The position numbers and the translations under genes are program-made. Shown here piece after piece: positions 11,219-23,345 of a stretch of DNA of 64,000 nucleotides. The notes beneath the pieces were generated by a model. It was given only the letters and a program-made list of their open reading frames with translations, was not told the origin of the DNA and ran no database searches. The stretch lies in assembly GCF_902459465.1 (NCBI RefSeq), contig NC_047064.1:6758001-6822000 (forward strand), given 5' to 3'. How positions within the stretch are numbered: the first letter of the stretch is position 1; each line of letters opens with the position of its first letter. Source of the DNA: Asterias rubens. Taxonomy: Eukaryota.

Positions 11219-11800
11219 GGTAGATCATGAGGGGTTAAATGAACACAGAGTTGGCGGAATGAAGAGCAGTCACCCTGAAATATTACTTTTCAAACTAAAC
11301 CCAGGCCCAAAACTATTTCCTTCTAGAAACAAAGTAGAAGAAGAAAAGAAAAAAATAAGGGGATAAAAAAAAAAAACTTAATATGTAACCAAGCAACATT
11401 GATCAGATTACTCTGTCATATATGCGTGCAACCACTTGTAATCAGACCCTGTGAAATATTTAGAGGGGTAAATATCAATATTGGTTTACCCTGTGGAGAA
11501 TGTTTGTGGAAACAATGTTTGCACTCGGCACAAATTGAACTTCTAAAAACCGAACCCCAATCTGTGCTTGTTATTGATAATAGGTCATGTGGGCTAACTT
11601 GTTCACATCTACAATTGACTTAGTGGAACAATTTCTTAGGTAAACTTGATTTGTGTTAACTAAATGGGCGTGAGTTAGTCAACTTCTTTGTATGCATTGA
11701 TGTATTTATATATATTGGAGTTTGACAGTTTTCACAAGTTCAAGCCTTTTCTATTTTTGATAGATGTTAACTTTGGATTTGGAATAAAGAATACTATAAA

Positions 11801-11900
11801 TTTTGGTTTTACATCGCTATGTGTTAGCACTGTAAACTCAGTCCTATGAAGAAAAACAATAAGGACAGCCATATTACTTGTGGGTTTGAGATCCAAGCAG
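11801..11900 (-). mobile_element. SINE S1 3' fragment
   Basis: ttttggttttac...tgtgttagcactgtaaactcagt matches the S1 tail. Confidence 0.65.
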
Positions 11901-11971
11901 TATTATGCCTGTGATTTGTTTCTCAGAGCTCGGGAAACTACTGTCATAAGTATGCAGTGCTTACCTATATT

Positions 11972-12200
11972 AATTTTGGTTTCTACCCATACACCGATGT
12001 GTGTTAGCACTGTATACTCAGTACTTTCCCGAGTCCTGTGAAAAAAATATCACAGGCATGTTACTCGGGTGGGATTCGAACCCACGACCCTTGCAATTCT
12101 AGAGCAGTGTCTTACCAACTAGACTACTGAGGTTGCCGGTAGCTAGAGGCAGTTCGAATCCTATGTTTTGGCAGCGGGTACTGCAACGATATAATAGATG
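11972..12200 (-). mobile_element. Best-preserved tRNA-derived SINE S1, with putative 11-bp TSD
   Basis: Minus strand carries an A-box-like TAGTCTAGTTGG and a B-box GGTTCGAATCCC (12071-12082). Flanked by the direct repeat ttacctatatt at 11961-11971 and 12201-12211. Confidence 0.85.
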
Positions 12201-13064
12201 TTACCTATATTGGTGTAAAGGTAAAACCAAAATTAATATTACAGCCTTTTCTTTGTCAAAGATGCATGTGAGAATCTATCAGAGACTGTTGATTACATTT
12301 AATTGTAGAATTTTTTTATAGTTTCTCATAACTTATTTATTCATTTTTTCCAGTGTCATTAACCCAACATCATTGCTACTAAAAAGTAGCAACAACAAAT
12401 ATGTTTTTAATTAACATTTGGAGGTGTCAACTTCAAGCGAGTTGATTTAAGAAAATTAACCACATCCTTGAACTCATTCACACACAGTTCTCGTTTACAA
12501 CATCCTAATTCAGACAGGGAACAGTTTGACCTCTTTGCAACCATACCAAACAGAAAACTCATTTACAAAAGATTCAAGTTCATTTAAATGATCTTCACTC
12601 AAGTTTCTGAAAATGTTAATGTTTTCGTATTTTCATCAAGGGTAATCAGGAATCAGTGAATATTTTCACAGTTACTGTAACCTTAACAAACACTCAGACA
12701 ATCAGTCAAAGTTTCACATGTAAAGTTGCCGTTACACTACCTAAAACCATGGGAAGTTTGAAGAAAAAGACAGTTCACACCATAAGAAATCGGTGAAAAT
12801 ATTCGCCTTCTCATTGCTTATAACAGCTGCGCACAGGGATCCAGTAAACGTACTCATTTTCACAGTTGTCACAACTCCGCCAGACAACAATCAGTGAACA
12901 AAAGATTATCAGAACATTACCTCCCACCACCTCCCCTCCCCTCCCCCCCCCCCTGACTCGGACATCATTTGCAAAGATTACATTATTTGCCCGTTTTGAA
13001 AGGGGGGAAGTGTTGGGTGGCAGCAGGCAATTACCCTTGGCGTAAACTTATTAATCTCATGTCA

Positions 13065-13078
13065 GTTGCCATGGAAAC
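13065..13078. promoter_or_regulatory. RFX X-box GTTGCCATGGAAAC
   Basis: Consensus match in repeat-free sequence. Confidence 0.5.
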
Positions 13079-13559
13079 GGCCACCTAAGCAGATTAGTAG
13101 GATGTAATTGTATTCTGATGGCAAGGGTAGTGTGCTCTGCCCTCTGGCTTCCTCCCATTCCAAGTCGTCTGAAATTAAGGTCACCTAATGATTCCTTGTG
13201 TTGTAATTTCATAGGAACTAAAGGACCACCCCGCTGCCTGACTATTACGGAGGACGCTGCGTGGTGATTTCTCCTCCCTCCTTCTTTTTTTTTTTTGCGA
13301 GTGTCGTGCCCTGATTAGATCTACGCGCAAGGCCTTACATCAATTAATACACAGTGCGAAGGAAGTCAAGCTTAAAGTCGGAATAAAGGAAGACTGAAAG
13401 GGGGAAGCGATTTCTATTCTTCGGTCGGTTGAGAAGATGTGGGTCACTCCGCAGAATTAAGTTGTGAGTCAGAACTGAAAGGTACATGAGAAACTACCTC
13501 TTGTGTTGGCCCGCTCAAAGTCAGAGTGAAAACATTTTGATGTTAAAACACGCACCAGA

Positions 13560-14380
13560 GATTTATGTACCCATATTCTGATGTGTATGTAAAGCACTGC
13601 ATCATGAAGCACTGTATACTTGGTACTTTCGTGAGTTCTGTGAAAAAAATCTACAGGCATTCTACTTGGGTGGGATTTGAACCCATGCTCTTTGCCATTT
13701 TAGATCTTACCACTAGATCACCGAGAGTGGACCTTATTTCTTATAATTTTGTCGAAGATTGGCTTTCTACCCATACATTAAAATGTTTGTAAAGCACTCA
13801 CTGTATACTTGGTAATTACCTGAGTCCCTGTGGAAAACAAAGTCTACAGGCGTTCTACTTGGTGGGATTCGATCCCATGCCCTTTGCCACTGTTGAGCAG
13901 ATATCTAACCACTAGACCACCGAGAGTGGAACTCGTTTTTCATACATTACTTTTGTAGGAAATTGGCTTTTTACCTGTGTGTAAAGCACTTTATTCTCAG
14001 TACTTCCCTGAGTGGTAAAAACAATATATACACAGGCATTCTACTTTGATGGGATTGGAACCTCGTGCCCTTTGCCATTGTAGAGCAGATATTTTACCAA
14101 TAGACCAGCGAGAGTGGAACTCTTTTTTCATACATTACTTTTGTTGGGGATTGGTCTTACCCATACCCTGAGTTGTGTAAATCACTGCATACTGAATACT
14201 TTCCTGGGTCCTGTGAAGTAACAAATTCATAGGCATTCTGCCTGGGTGGGATTCGAACCCATGCCCTTTGCCCTTGTCGTCAGATATCTTACCACTAGAC
14301 CACCGGGAGTGGAACTAGTTTCTCATAATTTTGTCGGAGATTGGCTTTTTACCCATACATTAAAATGTGTGTAAAGCTTT
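13560..14380 (-). repeat. Head-to-tail array of about 195-bp SINE-S1-like units (4 full plus 1 partial)
   Basis: tacc(cata) anchors at 13568, 13768, 13972, 14158 and 14350. B-boxes at 13672, 13864, 14051 and 14248. Confidence 0.88.
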
Positions 14381-15162
14381 CAAGTGATATCAGTTCTGTA
14401 CAATTTCTTTTCTTTTTTCTTTCCAAAGAACATGTTTATGTAGTTGGCGTCGTAAAGAATACCACTTTTTTATCAATAAACCCCACTTACGAGGAGCTCC
14501 AAAATGTACAAAGGGATATTCATAAATACCCCAGACAGTTTCTCTACTCCTATTGGTGGAGAGCGTGTCACGTGGGTGTGCATAAACCTTTTGTTAATGC
14601 ACACTGGAGCTCTGTTTATGCACACTGAGCTGGCTTCCGCGTGTCGGGCGCGCAAGATTATCACGCGTATAGCGCAAATTATAACTATCAGCGCATAATC
14701 TAAGCGCGTGCCTGTACACACAACCCACGCGCCTCGAACAGATTCTTCACAAAGTTTTGGAAAACAATATTTCAAACATCAGTCAATTTTCAATTGTTAA
14801 AGTGTCTATAACTGTATTTGTTTTACGTTTTTTAACAAAATGGCATTTATGAATGGGAATAAAAGAGTACATTTAAAACCTTGCAGGGTCGTTGCCGTGC
14901 GATAAAGGCCCGAGCCGAATCACACAGCCGTCGACCCTGCTGGCTTTAATTGTACGTTGAAGAACTCGTCGCTACCCTTTTATCCCCTTGTTATCAAAAC
15001 CTTACAAGTTGCATGAAGCAAAAAAATGTGAAGGGCTAAACCTTGTGTGTAAATATTTTTTTATAGATTTTCCTTCCTCTATGATGAAACCAAAGGTTAA
15101 AATTTGATGTTAGAGGCCCTAAATCTGGAGCATTCTTAAAAAAATAAAAATAAAAATAAAAA

Positions 15163-15520
15163 TCTTGATGACTTTGGTGATTTTGTTGTTTCTTGAGGAC
15201 TTTGGTGAATTTGTTGTTTCTTGAGGACTTATTTGAATTTGTTGTTTCTGGAGGACTTTTGTGAACTTGTTGTTTCTTGATGACTTTTGTGAATTTGTTG
15301 TTTCTTGATGACTTATGTGAATTTGTTGTTTCTTGATGACTTTTGTAGTTTCTTGAGGCGACTTACGTGATTTTGTAGTTTCTTGAGGACTTATGTAAAT
15401 TTTTTGTTTCTGGAGGACTTTTGTGAATTAGTTGTTCCATGAAGACTTTCGTGTGTTTGTTGTTCCTTGATGAATTTTGTGGAATTTTTGTTTTCTTAAT
15501 GACTTTCATGAATTTGTTGT
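15163..15520. repeat. 28-bp minisatellite (ttgttgtttcttgaggacttttgtgaat-like), about 13 copies
   Basis: tcttga anchor at 15163, 15191, 15219, 15247, 15275, 15303 and 15331, then degenerating. Confidence 0.9.
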
Positions 15521-16135
15521 ACAACAAAAGATGCTCTGTATTAAAACTACCATGTCTGTCCCAAGCGTCCAAACCTCACCCATCATATTAATCACTTCAT
15601 TGTCCCATCAAAATCAGGGGGTGAAGTTCCTCATTTAAAAAAATTCAAAGAAAATTTACATGTGAGTTCAAATATTTTCGTAAATTTGTCTTGAAGGAAA
15701 ATTTCATACAAATTATGTTTTTTTTAAGAAGTTCAACCAAAGATGCTCCTTACTTAAATGTCTTGGTAATTTTATCTAGAGGAACATAATTCATAATAAT
15801 GATATTTTCTTATGAAGTATAAACCCCAACAATCACATTATTCACTACATTGTCCTGTCAAAATCAGTGGTTAAAGTTCCTCATTTAAAAATGAGTTCAA
15901 CTATTTTGGTAATTTTGTCTTGAAGGAAAATTTCATAAAAATTATGTTTTCTTATGAAGTAGAACCAAATATGCTCTGTAAAAAAAACCTGCACGTCTTG
16001 GTAATTTAGTAGAAATGTTCATAGAAATTATGTTTTTTTTATAAAGTACAACCAAAGATGCTCCGTATACAAACTACATGTCTGTCCCAAGTGTCTAAAC
16101 TGCAACCTTATTATTAATCACTACATTGTCCCGTC
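15521..16135. repeat. Degenerate complex tandem duplication
   Basis: Blocks aaccaaagatgctc, catgtctgtcccaag and gtcttgaaggaaaatttcata each recur 2-4 times. Confidence 0.7.
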
Positions 16136-18378
16136 TACCTCGCACAATATTAACAATGTGGCGGTTCGTCTCTCCCCCTCTCTCTCTCTCTTTCTCCTCT
16201 TGCGGTTCCCCGTCTCGTGTCTTCTCCCCCGTCTCGCGTCTTCTCCTTTTCTCCTCCTCAGACTCGTCATCATCAATCTAAAAGCCGACAGGGGAAAAAA
16301 TGGAAGGGGACACACACAGTGCCGGTTAAAGTTGCGTAAAATACATTGATTGTGCGCTCTGTTGGGCAAGCAAAGAAAAGCAGCGCCCCGAGGGGATAGC
16401 AATTTGCCCATTGGTTTTGATTGACTTGTGGATAATTGGTAGAGAGGGAATATCTCCCACAGTACAAACAAGTGGGTGGGTACAACAAGGGGAGGTTGTT
16501 CCTGCATGTGTATATTAAACATCTTGGATAACGGGTAGACAGGACACAAATTACGCCATCTATAGATGTGGTGAAAAATCACAGCGATGAATATGACTAT
16601 TATTAGCGCACAGCCTTGTACATTTTTCCCAATGACATTTTGTTTTGTTATTAATTGTGAGGAAATATGAAGAACCCCTTTTTTTCAGAATCAGAAGTCA
16701 AAATAAGTGTTAGATGCTTATAGAGGATGTGACAAGTGTGTATAGGAAGACAGTATAGGGGTGTTGGGTAAGGATCTGGTTACAGAAATTGGCACCCCCT
16801 CCCCTATGCCCCACCCATACCCAGTGACCTTCAATTGTGAACCTCTCTTTGTATCCATTGTTTGGCTTTGATCATCGGTGGAGAAGCTTCCATTGGAGGA
16901 GGGGGCTTGCTGTTGGAGAAGGGGGATTTCATTAGAGGAGGGCTTCAATTGGAGGAGTGGGTTTTCTTTGGAGGAAGGTTTTTTTTTAGGGGGGGGGATT
17001 CCATTTGAAGAGATGGAGAGTTTTACTGGAAGGGGCTTTCATTGGATTGGGTTTTTGTCTGGTTTTTTTTCTAGGCTTTTGTCTTAAATGAGGCTTCCCC
17101 ATAACACAAGCAATGGCTTATTGGGGTTTGCCTCCATTTTCCCAACTATTGAATTGAATAATTAGTGAAAAATGCTTTTCTTGGGGAAAGGAGCGGAGAG
17201 GTCATATATAAGAGTACAACATTTATTTTCCAAGGAAATTTTGACAATTCTTGACAACCACTCAGATGTATTGATCGATATAAATTAAGTGAGGATGGCA
17301 AAACGAGTCAGGGGTTGTTTAGCTGATGTGGTTACAGGGACAAACACTACACTTGAAACAAAATCACTTGTGTTGATAGTCATCTATAATTTTGTAAAAA
17401 ACCTATGGCCCAGAGAATTGACCACAGTAACTAACAGGAGCTTAAATTTTAAAAAACTACTCCAAGGTGATAGAGAATCCAAAATCTAATAATTTCAGCT
17501 TCAGTAGATTCCGTGTGTCAACACAGCTGGATTTGATAAGATCCGTGAAATTTACAAATGCTTAGAAGACACAAAAGAGTTCAAGTTCATGGGATGCCTC
17601 GAGCCGCCTTCTGTTTTTTTTTCTTTCCTCGCGAAGACAGATGAGGCCACAAGTGCGATGATTGTTAAGGAAATCATTTGACCAGCGGTGGGTGTGGAAT
17701 CACGAGAAGGTTATGTCTCTTGACAGGGTAGGATGAGAGTGGTGGGTTGGTTAAAGGAACATTACAGAATTGGTTTTTGCTAACAAAAGAGTTGCTAACA
17801 GTGTCAGCACTTTATGTAATCCACCATAAACATAAACTGACAAACCTGTTTGAGATCGATCAACCATCTTGGTCACAAAAAAATAGTGAAAAACTGATTA
17901 CACATTTTGCATGGCATCGGTTAAAAAGAAATTAATAAAACGCTCACTGAGAGGTAAACTCCAAACGGGAAATTAGTTTTACTTATTACTTATCAAATAT
18001 GACATTTCAGACAGAAATATTTCAAGGGATATTTTCTACTATCATCATCATCAAACTGTGTAAGTTACATGTCAATCTGTGATCTTAACAATGTTTTTTC
18101 TTACCAAGATCTGTAATATTCCCATACTTTTTGTAGCCCAAAACACAATGTCCACAGATGTACTTTTAATAGAAATCTTTGTACATTGTGTTTTGTGTCC
18201 TACAAACATTACCACGACCCTTTATTCTACGGCCATCTTCCTCTCTGCCCCGGTAGTGACTTTCTCTCCGCCTCCTGTGTGGTGATGAAGAGGACTGACC
18301 TTGGCTGAGCTTTCAAGAACATCTCGGGGTCCTTTAGAGTTGGCCGTCTCGAATCGATCATATTCACATGCCACGTTC

Positions 18379-19440
18379 AAGTCACATGTACTTCCTCTGA
18401 TATGACGACTGATTTATTTATTCTCGTATTCTTTAACAGCACTCACTGTTATGAAGCTTGTGATTGTAACTGTATTGTCAGGAGCTAACATTGAGAAATT
18501 GTAAACAAATTAATACAAAATTTGCTGGGACGGTTTTTAACAAAAAATATAAAAATATTGTCTCATGAAGTCACATCATGTACTTCCTCCTCCTTAGTAA
18601 TTTGACAACTTATTTTTTTTTACCTATAGTACTCTCTATCATCTTTGAGATGTACCATGCAGATTTATCACTCTCTGTTGTGAAGTTTGTGATTTTAATT
18701 GTATTGTTAGGAGCCCACATTGAGAAAATGTCAAGAAATCAATACAAAATTGGCTGGGAAGATTTTGGAAAAAAAGAGAAATAATATTGTCTCGTTAAGT
18801 CACATCATGTACTTTCCTTGTTATTATGACGATTTTGTATCTCTTGTACTCTCTATCATCTTTGAGATGTACCTTGCACATTCAGCACTCTCTGTTTTGA
18901 AGTTTGTGATTTTAATTGTATTGTTAGGAGCCAACATTGAGAAAATGTCAAGAAATCAATACAAGTTGGCTGAGAAGGTTTTTGAAAAAAATAAAAATAA
19001 TATTGTCTCTTTTAAGTCACATGTATTTCCTCCTTCTCGATAATATGACAACTTATTTTTTTCCTCATGTATTCTCTATCGTCTCTCAGAGGTACCTCGC
19101 AGATAGCACTCTTTGTTTTGAAGCTTTTGATTTTAATTGTATTGTTAGGAGCTAAAATTGGGAAAATGGCAAAAAAGTAATAAAAAAAATCAGAGAAGAT
19201 ATTTTTTTTAAATGAGATAATATTGTCTCATTAAGTCAAATCATGTACTTCCTCGTTATTACGACAATCTTTTCTTGCTCGTATTTTCTATCATTTCTGA
19301 GAGGTCAGCATTGATTTAGCACTCACTTTTTTTAAGCTTGTGATTTTATTTGTACTGTAAAGAGCAAACATTGAGAAAATGTCAACACCTAAACAAAATA
19401 TGCTGAGAAGCTATTGAAAAAAGGAGAGATAATAATGTGA
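18379..19440. repeat. About 220-bp degenerate tandem repeat, 5 copies
   Basis: aagtca(c/a)a anchor at 18379, 18568, 18797, 19014 and 19233, with shared ttgtgattttaattgtattgttaggagc. Confidence 0.88.
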
Positions 19441-19992
19441 AGTGAGAAATTGATTGTAGCACTTACACTTGTAACTAAACACCGTGAATCAATCTTGGGT
19501 TAGTGCAAGTTTAGCATGTCCGATCAATAACTGCATACTTCACGTTGATATACAAACAACAACAACAACAACGGAAACCACTCAGTTATTGAATTAAAGG
19601 TATTATACAGGATTGGCAAAAGCAAAAGGCATCATGGTGGTTAGTCTAAAACCACTTTTTTTTCTATGATATATTTCCCTCTGAAATGAAGTCAAGAAAA
19701 CTAGACCTAAAAAAAATGCAATCCCCCAGCTGATTTGGTTGTTACAACCAAAATAAGGACAAAATGTTAACATGCTAAATATTGTGCATGTTTTTTAACT
19801 ATTTGCTCCTGAGCCCAAATTCGTATACAGGTTTTTTTTTTCTTCATATTGTTGATCAAACAAAACATGAACACTGTCTGTGAATTTTTCATCAGCTCTA
19901 CCAATCCTGTAATAATATCTTTAAAAGAACAACAAAAAACAAATTGTAAAAACAAAAGTTAAAGGTGTTTCAAAGAATTGGTGATGCATCCA

Positions 19993-20140
19993 TTAAAGCC
20001 ATTGGACCCTTTCGGTAAACACTATTGTCCAAGGCCCACACTTCGTGTATCACAACTTCTATATCAAATAACAAACCTGTGAAAATTTAGGCTCAATCGG
20101 TCATCGGAGTCTGGAGAAAATAATGGGAAAACCCACCCAT
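19993..20140. mobile_element. MITE family B (TTAAAGCCATT ends), truncated
   Basis: ttaaagccattggaccctttcggtaaac, same as the starts at 22248 and 55514. Confidence 0.8.
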
Positions 20141-20888
20141 TCTTTTTTTATTTTGTGCAAGGTTTTATATTGAGTTTTATTCTGCACTAGGACTTCATTT
20201 CAGAGGAAAATATTTCACAGAAAAAAAAAAGTTGTATGATGAACTTATTAACCAGTAAACTCTCTGACTAAAACTAAACAGCGCTGTGTTTTCCCCTGCC
20301 AATCCTGTATAACCTTTGAATAGGGGATAAAGTGTGGTAAACACATATTATACTCAGACCTGGAAGGGCATTACAGGGCATTGCCCCAGGTCTTGGCCTC
20401 GGTGCCCCTTTGAAGGTTTCCTATAGAATGTGAAGATTTTCCAGTGGATGTGCCCTTTGCATAAAAGGGAACTGGCCTTTCCTTCACAAAGATGAACTCC
20501 AGTCCTGAATAGTGATTACTTATGTTTTTATATTTGGGTACAAAAAAGCTATTGATTGGTTTGCACTTACCAATAATTGGAAAAAACACCATAAGCATAC
20601 ATTTATTTCAGGGTTTATTTTCTTTAGTAAAGCGAGAGAGCGAGGGGGGGGCAGTAAGCATCTTCTATATTCACAGTCGTCCATGCGTGTACTTTGTTTA
20701 TTGATGGAGTGTAGGATAGAACTTTCTTGTTAGTTTTCTGTGTGTTTTTATTAAGAATTACTTGACGGCAAGCATTGTATTATACGCCTTTATGAGTGGC
20801 CATTTACTAGTAATACGTTGTGTCAATCCGGCGGAAAGGAATGTAATATTGAAGTGTAGTGTCTCTTTCCCTTCACAGGGCATTCATT

Positions 20889-21282
20889 TTAAAGGCAGTG
20901 GACACTATTGGTAATTACTCAAAATAATTATTAGCATAAAACCTTACTTGGTAACGAGGAATGGGGAGAGGTTGATAGTATAAAACGTTGTGAGAACTGG
21001 CTTCCACTAAAGTGGAGTAGTTTTCGAGAAAGAAGTAATTTTCCACGAATTTGATTTTGTGACCTCAGGTTTAGAATTTGAGGTCTCGAAATCAAACATC
21101 TGAACGCACATAACTTCGTGTGACAAGGGTGTTTTTTCTCTCATTACTATATCGCAACCTCGACGACCGATTGAGCTCAAATTTTCACAGGTTTGTTATT
21201 TTATGCATATGTTGAGATACACCAAGTGAGAAGAATGGTCTTTGACAATGAAACAATTACCAATAGTGTCCAGTGTCTTTAA
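20889..21282. mobile_element. MITE family A (opposite orientation), near-intact
   Basis: ttaaaggcagtggacactattggtaatt ... caattaccaatagtgtccagtgtctttaa. Confidence 0.92.
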
Positions 21283-22247
21283 TTCTCATATTGTAAGAAG
21301 AGTTCATTGTGATGCCTGTAAGTCATTTGTCAGCATCAAAATCCCTCTTCTCCTTTACACAGTTAGTAATCTTTGTCTCAGGCGGCTCTAACGTGAGTAC
21401 AGTTTGTTGAACCCCATCCTCATTTACCTGACGTCATGTTATTTCTCCCTGGCTGGGAAATTTACCTGCTGGATCAGTCAATCTTTTTCTAACCTTTTTT
21501 TTTTTTTTCTTTTTGTCTGTCTGAGTTTGTACTTTCGTCAGTCACACACAAGGATGTCGAACCTGTAAGCGGGGTCTTCTCTATGCAATGTGAACACACA
21601 CATTACAAGTGATCTCGAAGAGTGGATAAAGCTAATGTACACTTTGTCACTTTTTTATTCTCCCCAAAATTCTCCATCACGGCATTGCGCTCCTAGCTTT
21701 GCAGATCATCTGCTGAGGACTATAAGGTCATTAGTGCAATTTGTATGGATTTTATCAATTTGCTGCTGCGTGTGTTTTGGAGCTCCTAGTAAATGGAGTT
21801 TATTGATCAAAGCATTTGTTTGGTAAAAAAAACTGAAATTATTTGTTGATTTTGATTTATTTTTGTCAAATTGAAACACAATCTTAATTTAATGACCTAT
21901 TGATCATTTTAAGTAAAAAAAAATAACTTTATAGCACTAAGCGGATGAACTGTTACTTTATGCAGTAAGATAATTTTTGAAGATTTGTTAAAGATATGTA
22001 TACTTTCTGCCACTTGTTTGTCATTTAAAAATTTGAATCTCTAAGGAGCTTCTCGTTCTGCCGACTTTAGGAGATTCCAATTTCAGTGGTGTCCATTTGT
22101 GAATGATCCGGTTAGAAAATGCCACTGTCACCTAGCCAAGTATGGATGCCTTCAACTTCTTGATACAAATACTGTGACACTTTTTCTGCCGATTTCCCAA
22201 CCACCATACACTGTCTTCGGCTGAAACGTCCACCGGTGACTTATATC

Positions 22248-22593
22248 TTAAAGCCATTGGACACTTTCAGTAAACAGTATTGTCCAAAGGCCCACACTTT
22301 GTGTATCACAACTTATATATAAAATAACAAACCTGCGAAAATTTAGGCTCAATCGGTCATCGGAGTCGGGAGCAAATAACGGGAAAACCCACTCTTGTTT
22401 TTACTATAAATCCGTAATTCTCGATGTCGAGAATTGATAATTGTTTCAATGTTTTCTCAAAAAGTAAAGCATTTCATGAAATAATATTTCAAGAGAAGTC
22501 TTTTACCATTACCTTCTGTAAACCCTGTAAGTTATTTGTAAATCTGTGAACTTTTATTTGTGTTTCTGTTCCGAAAGTGTTTAATGGCTTTTA
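22248..22593. mobile_element. MITE family B
   Basis: ttaaagccattggacactttc ... ccgaaagtgtttaatggctttt. Confidence 0.88.
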
Positions 22594-23129
22594 CTGATAA
22601 GTGACAATTAATCAGCATTTTGTTGAAGAGAAAAAAATAACAATCTTCGACCTTTACCTTTAAGACCCTGAAGCAGAACTGAGGGTTGTCTTGCAGTTTG
22701 ACGCAAGACAGAGCAATTTGACTTTACTATGCTGACTACCCCATCACCATGTAATCTCTACAAATTAAGTGCATCATGAATGACTATACATTAGTTCCAG
22801 TAACAACTCAAGTCAGTAGAGTTGACTGGATTGAGCTCATTCAACCCCCAACAGACCAATACTTGTTAATCTCAAGTGTTTAGCGGCCATGTTAGTTTTG
22901 CTTTCTCTGCAATTTTTGTTGCATTGTTATTGAGAAATACAGGCAGTAGGTTGTGTATCGATTTAATTTAACATGTGGCAGAGGGTGTTACCTTTCAGAA
23001 GATATCATCAAAGTATCTGACTTGCATCATTACATTGACAAGCGACTGACGATACACTTCTGCCATTCCTAAATACGCCATTCCCAAATACAAAACTGAG
23101 TGCTTAAAACATAGACCCCCCTAGTTTGT

Positions 23130-23345
23130 GACAGGTTACCATGATAAAAGACTGCAGGACTTGCAACCACAAGGTTGTGGGTTCAAATCCCCCAGATTAC
23201 CACTGATTTCACATTGACTAGAATAAACATTGTCGTCTAGTTACTGAATCACAATTTCTTGATTTGTGCAATTCATAATCATAGATGTTAAACCAATGTT
23301 TGTATGAGAGAGATTGACTGGTGCCAGCTTGGGTGTTTGTATCCC
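23130..23345 (+). mobile_element. tRNA-related SINE family S2
   Basis: B-box GGTTCAAATCCC at about 23180. The body gactagaataa...tgtttgtatgagagagattg recurs at 63535-63650. Confidence 0.65.

Noticed and set aside
12060-12140. Functional tRNA gene
   Set aside because: It has A and B boxes, but I could not build a complete cloverleaf. It is embedded in a multi-copy SINE body with a tail and TSD.
16121-16582. 153-aa minus-strand ORF
   Set aside because: It is driven by a CT/GA-rich low-complexity tract, with no homology or splice support.
16718-17090. SSN-repeat ORFs
   Set aside because: This is a degenerate purine-rich tandem repeat of about 21 bp with broken frames.
18578-19155. Hydrophobic repeated ORFs resembling membrane proteins
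   Set aside because: They are translations of the AT-rich 220-bp tandem repeat, and the frame is not preserved between units.
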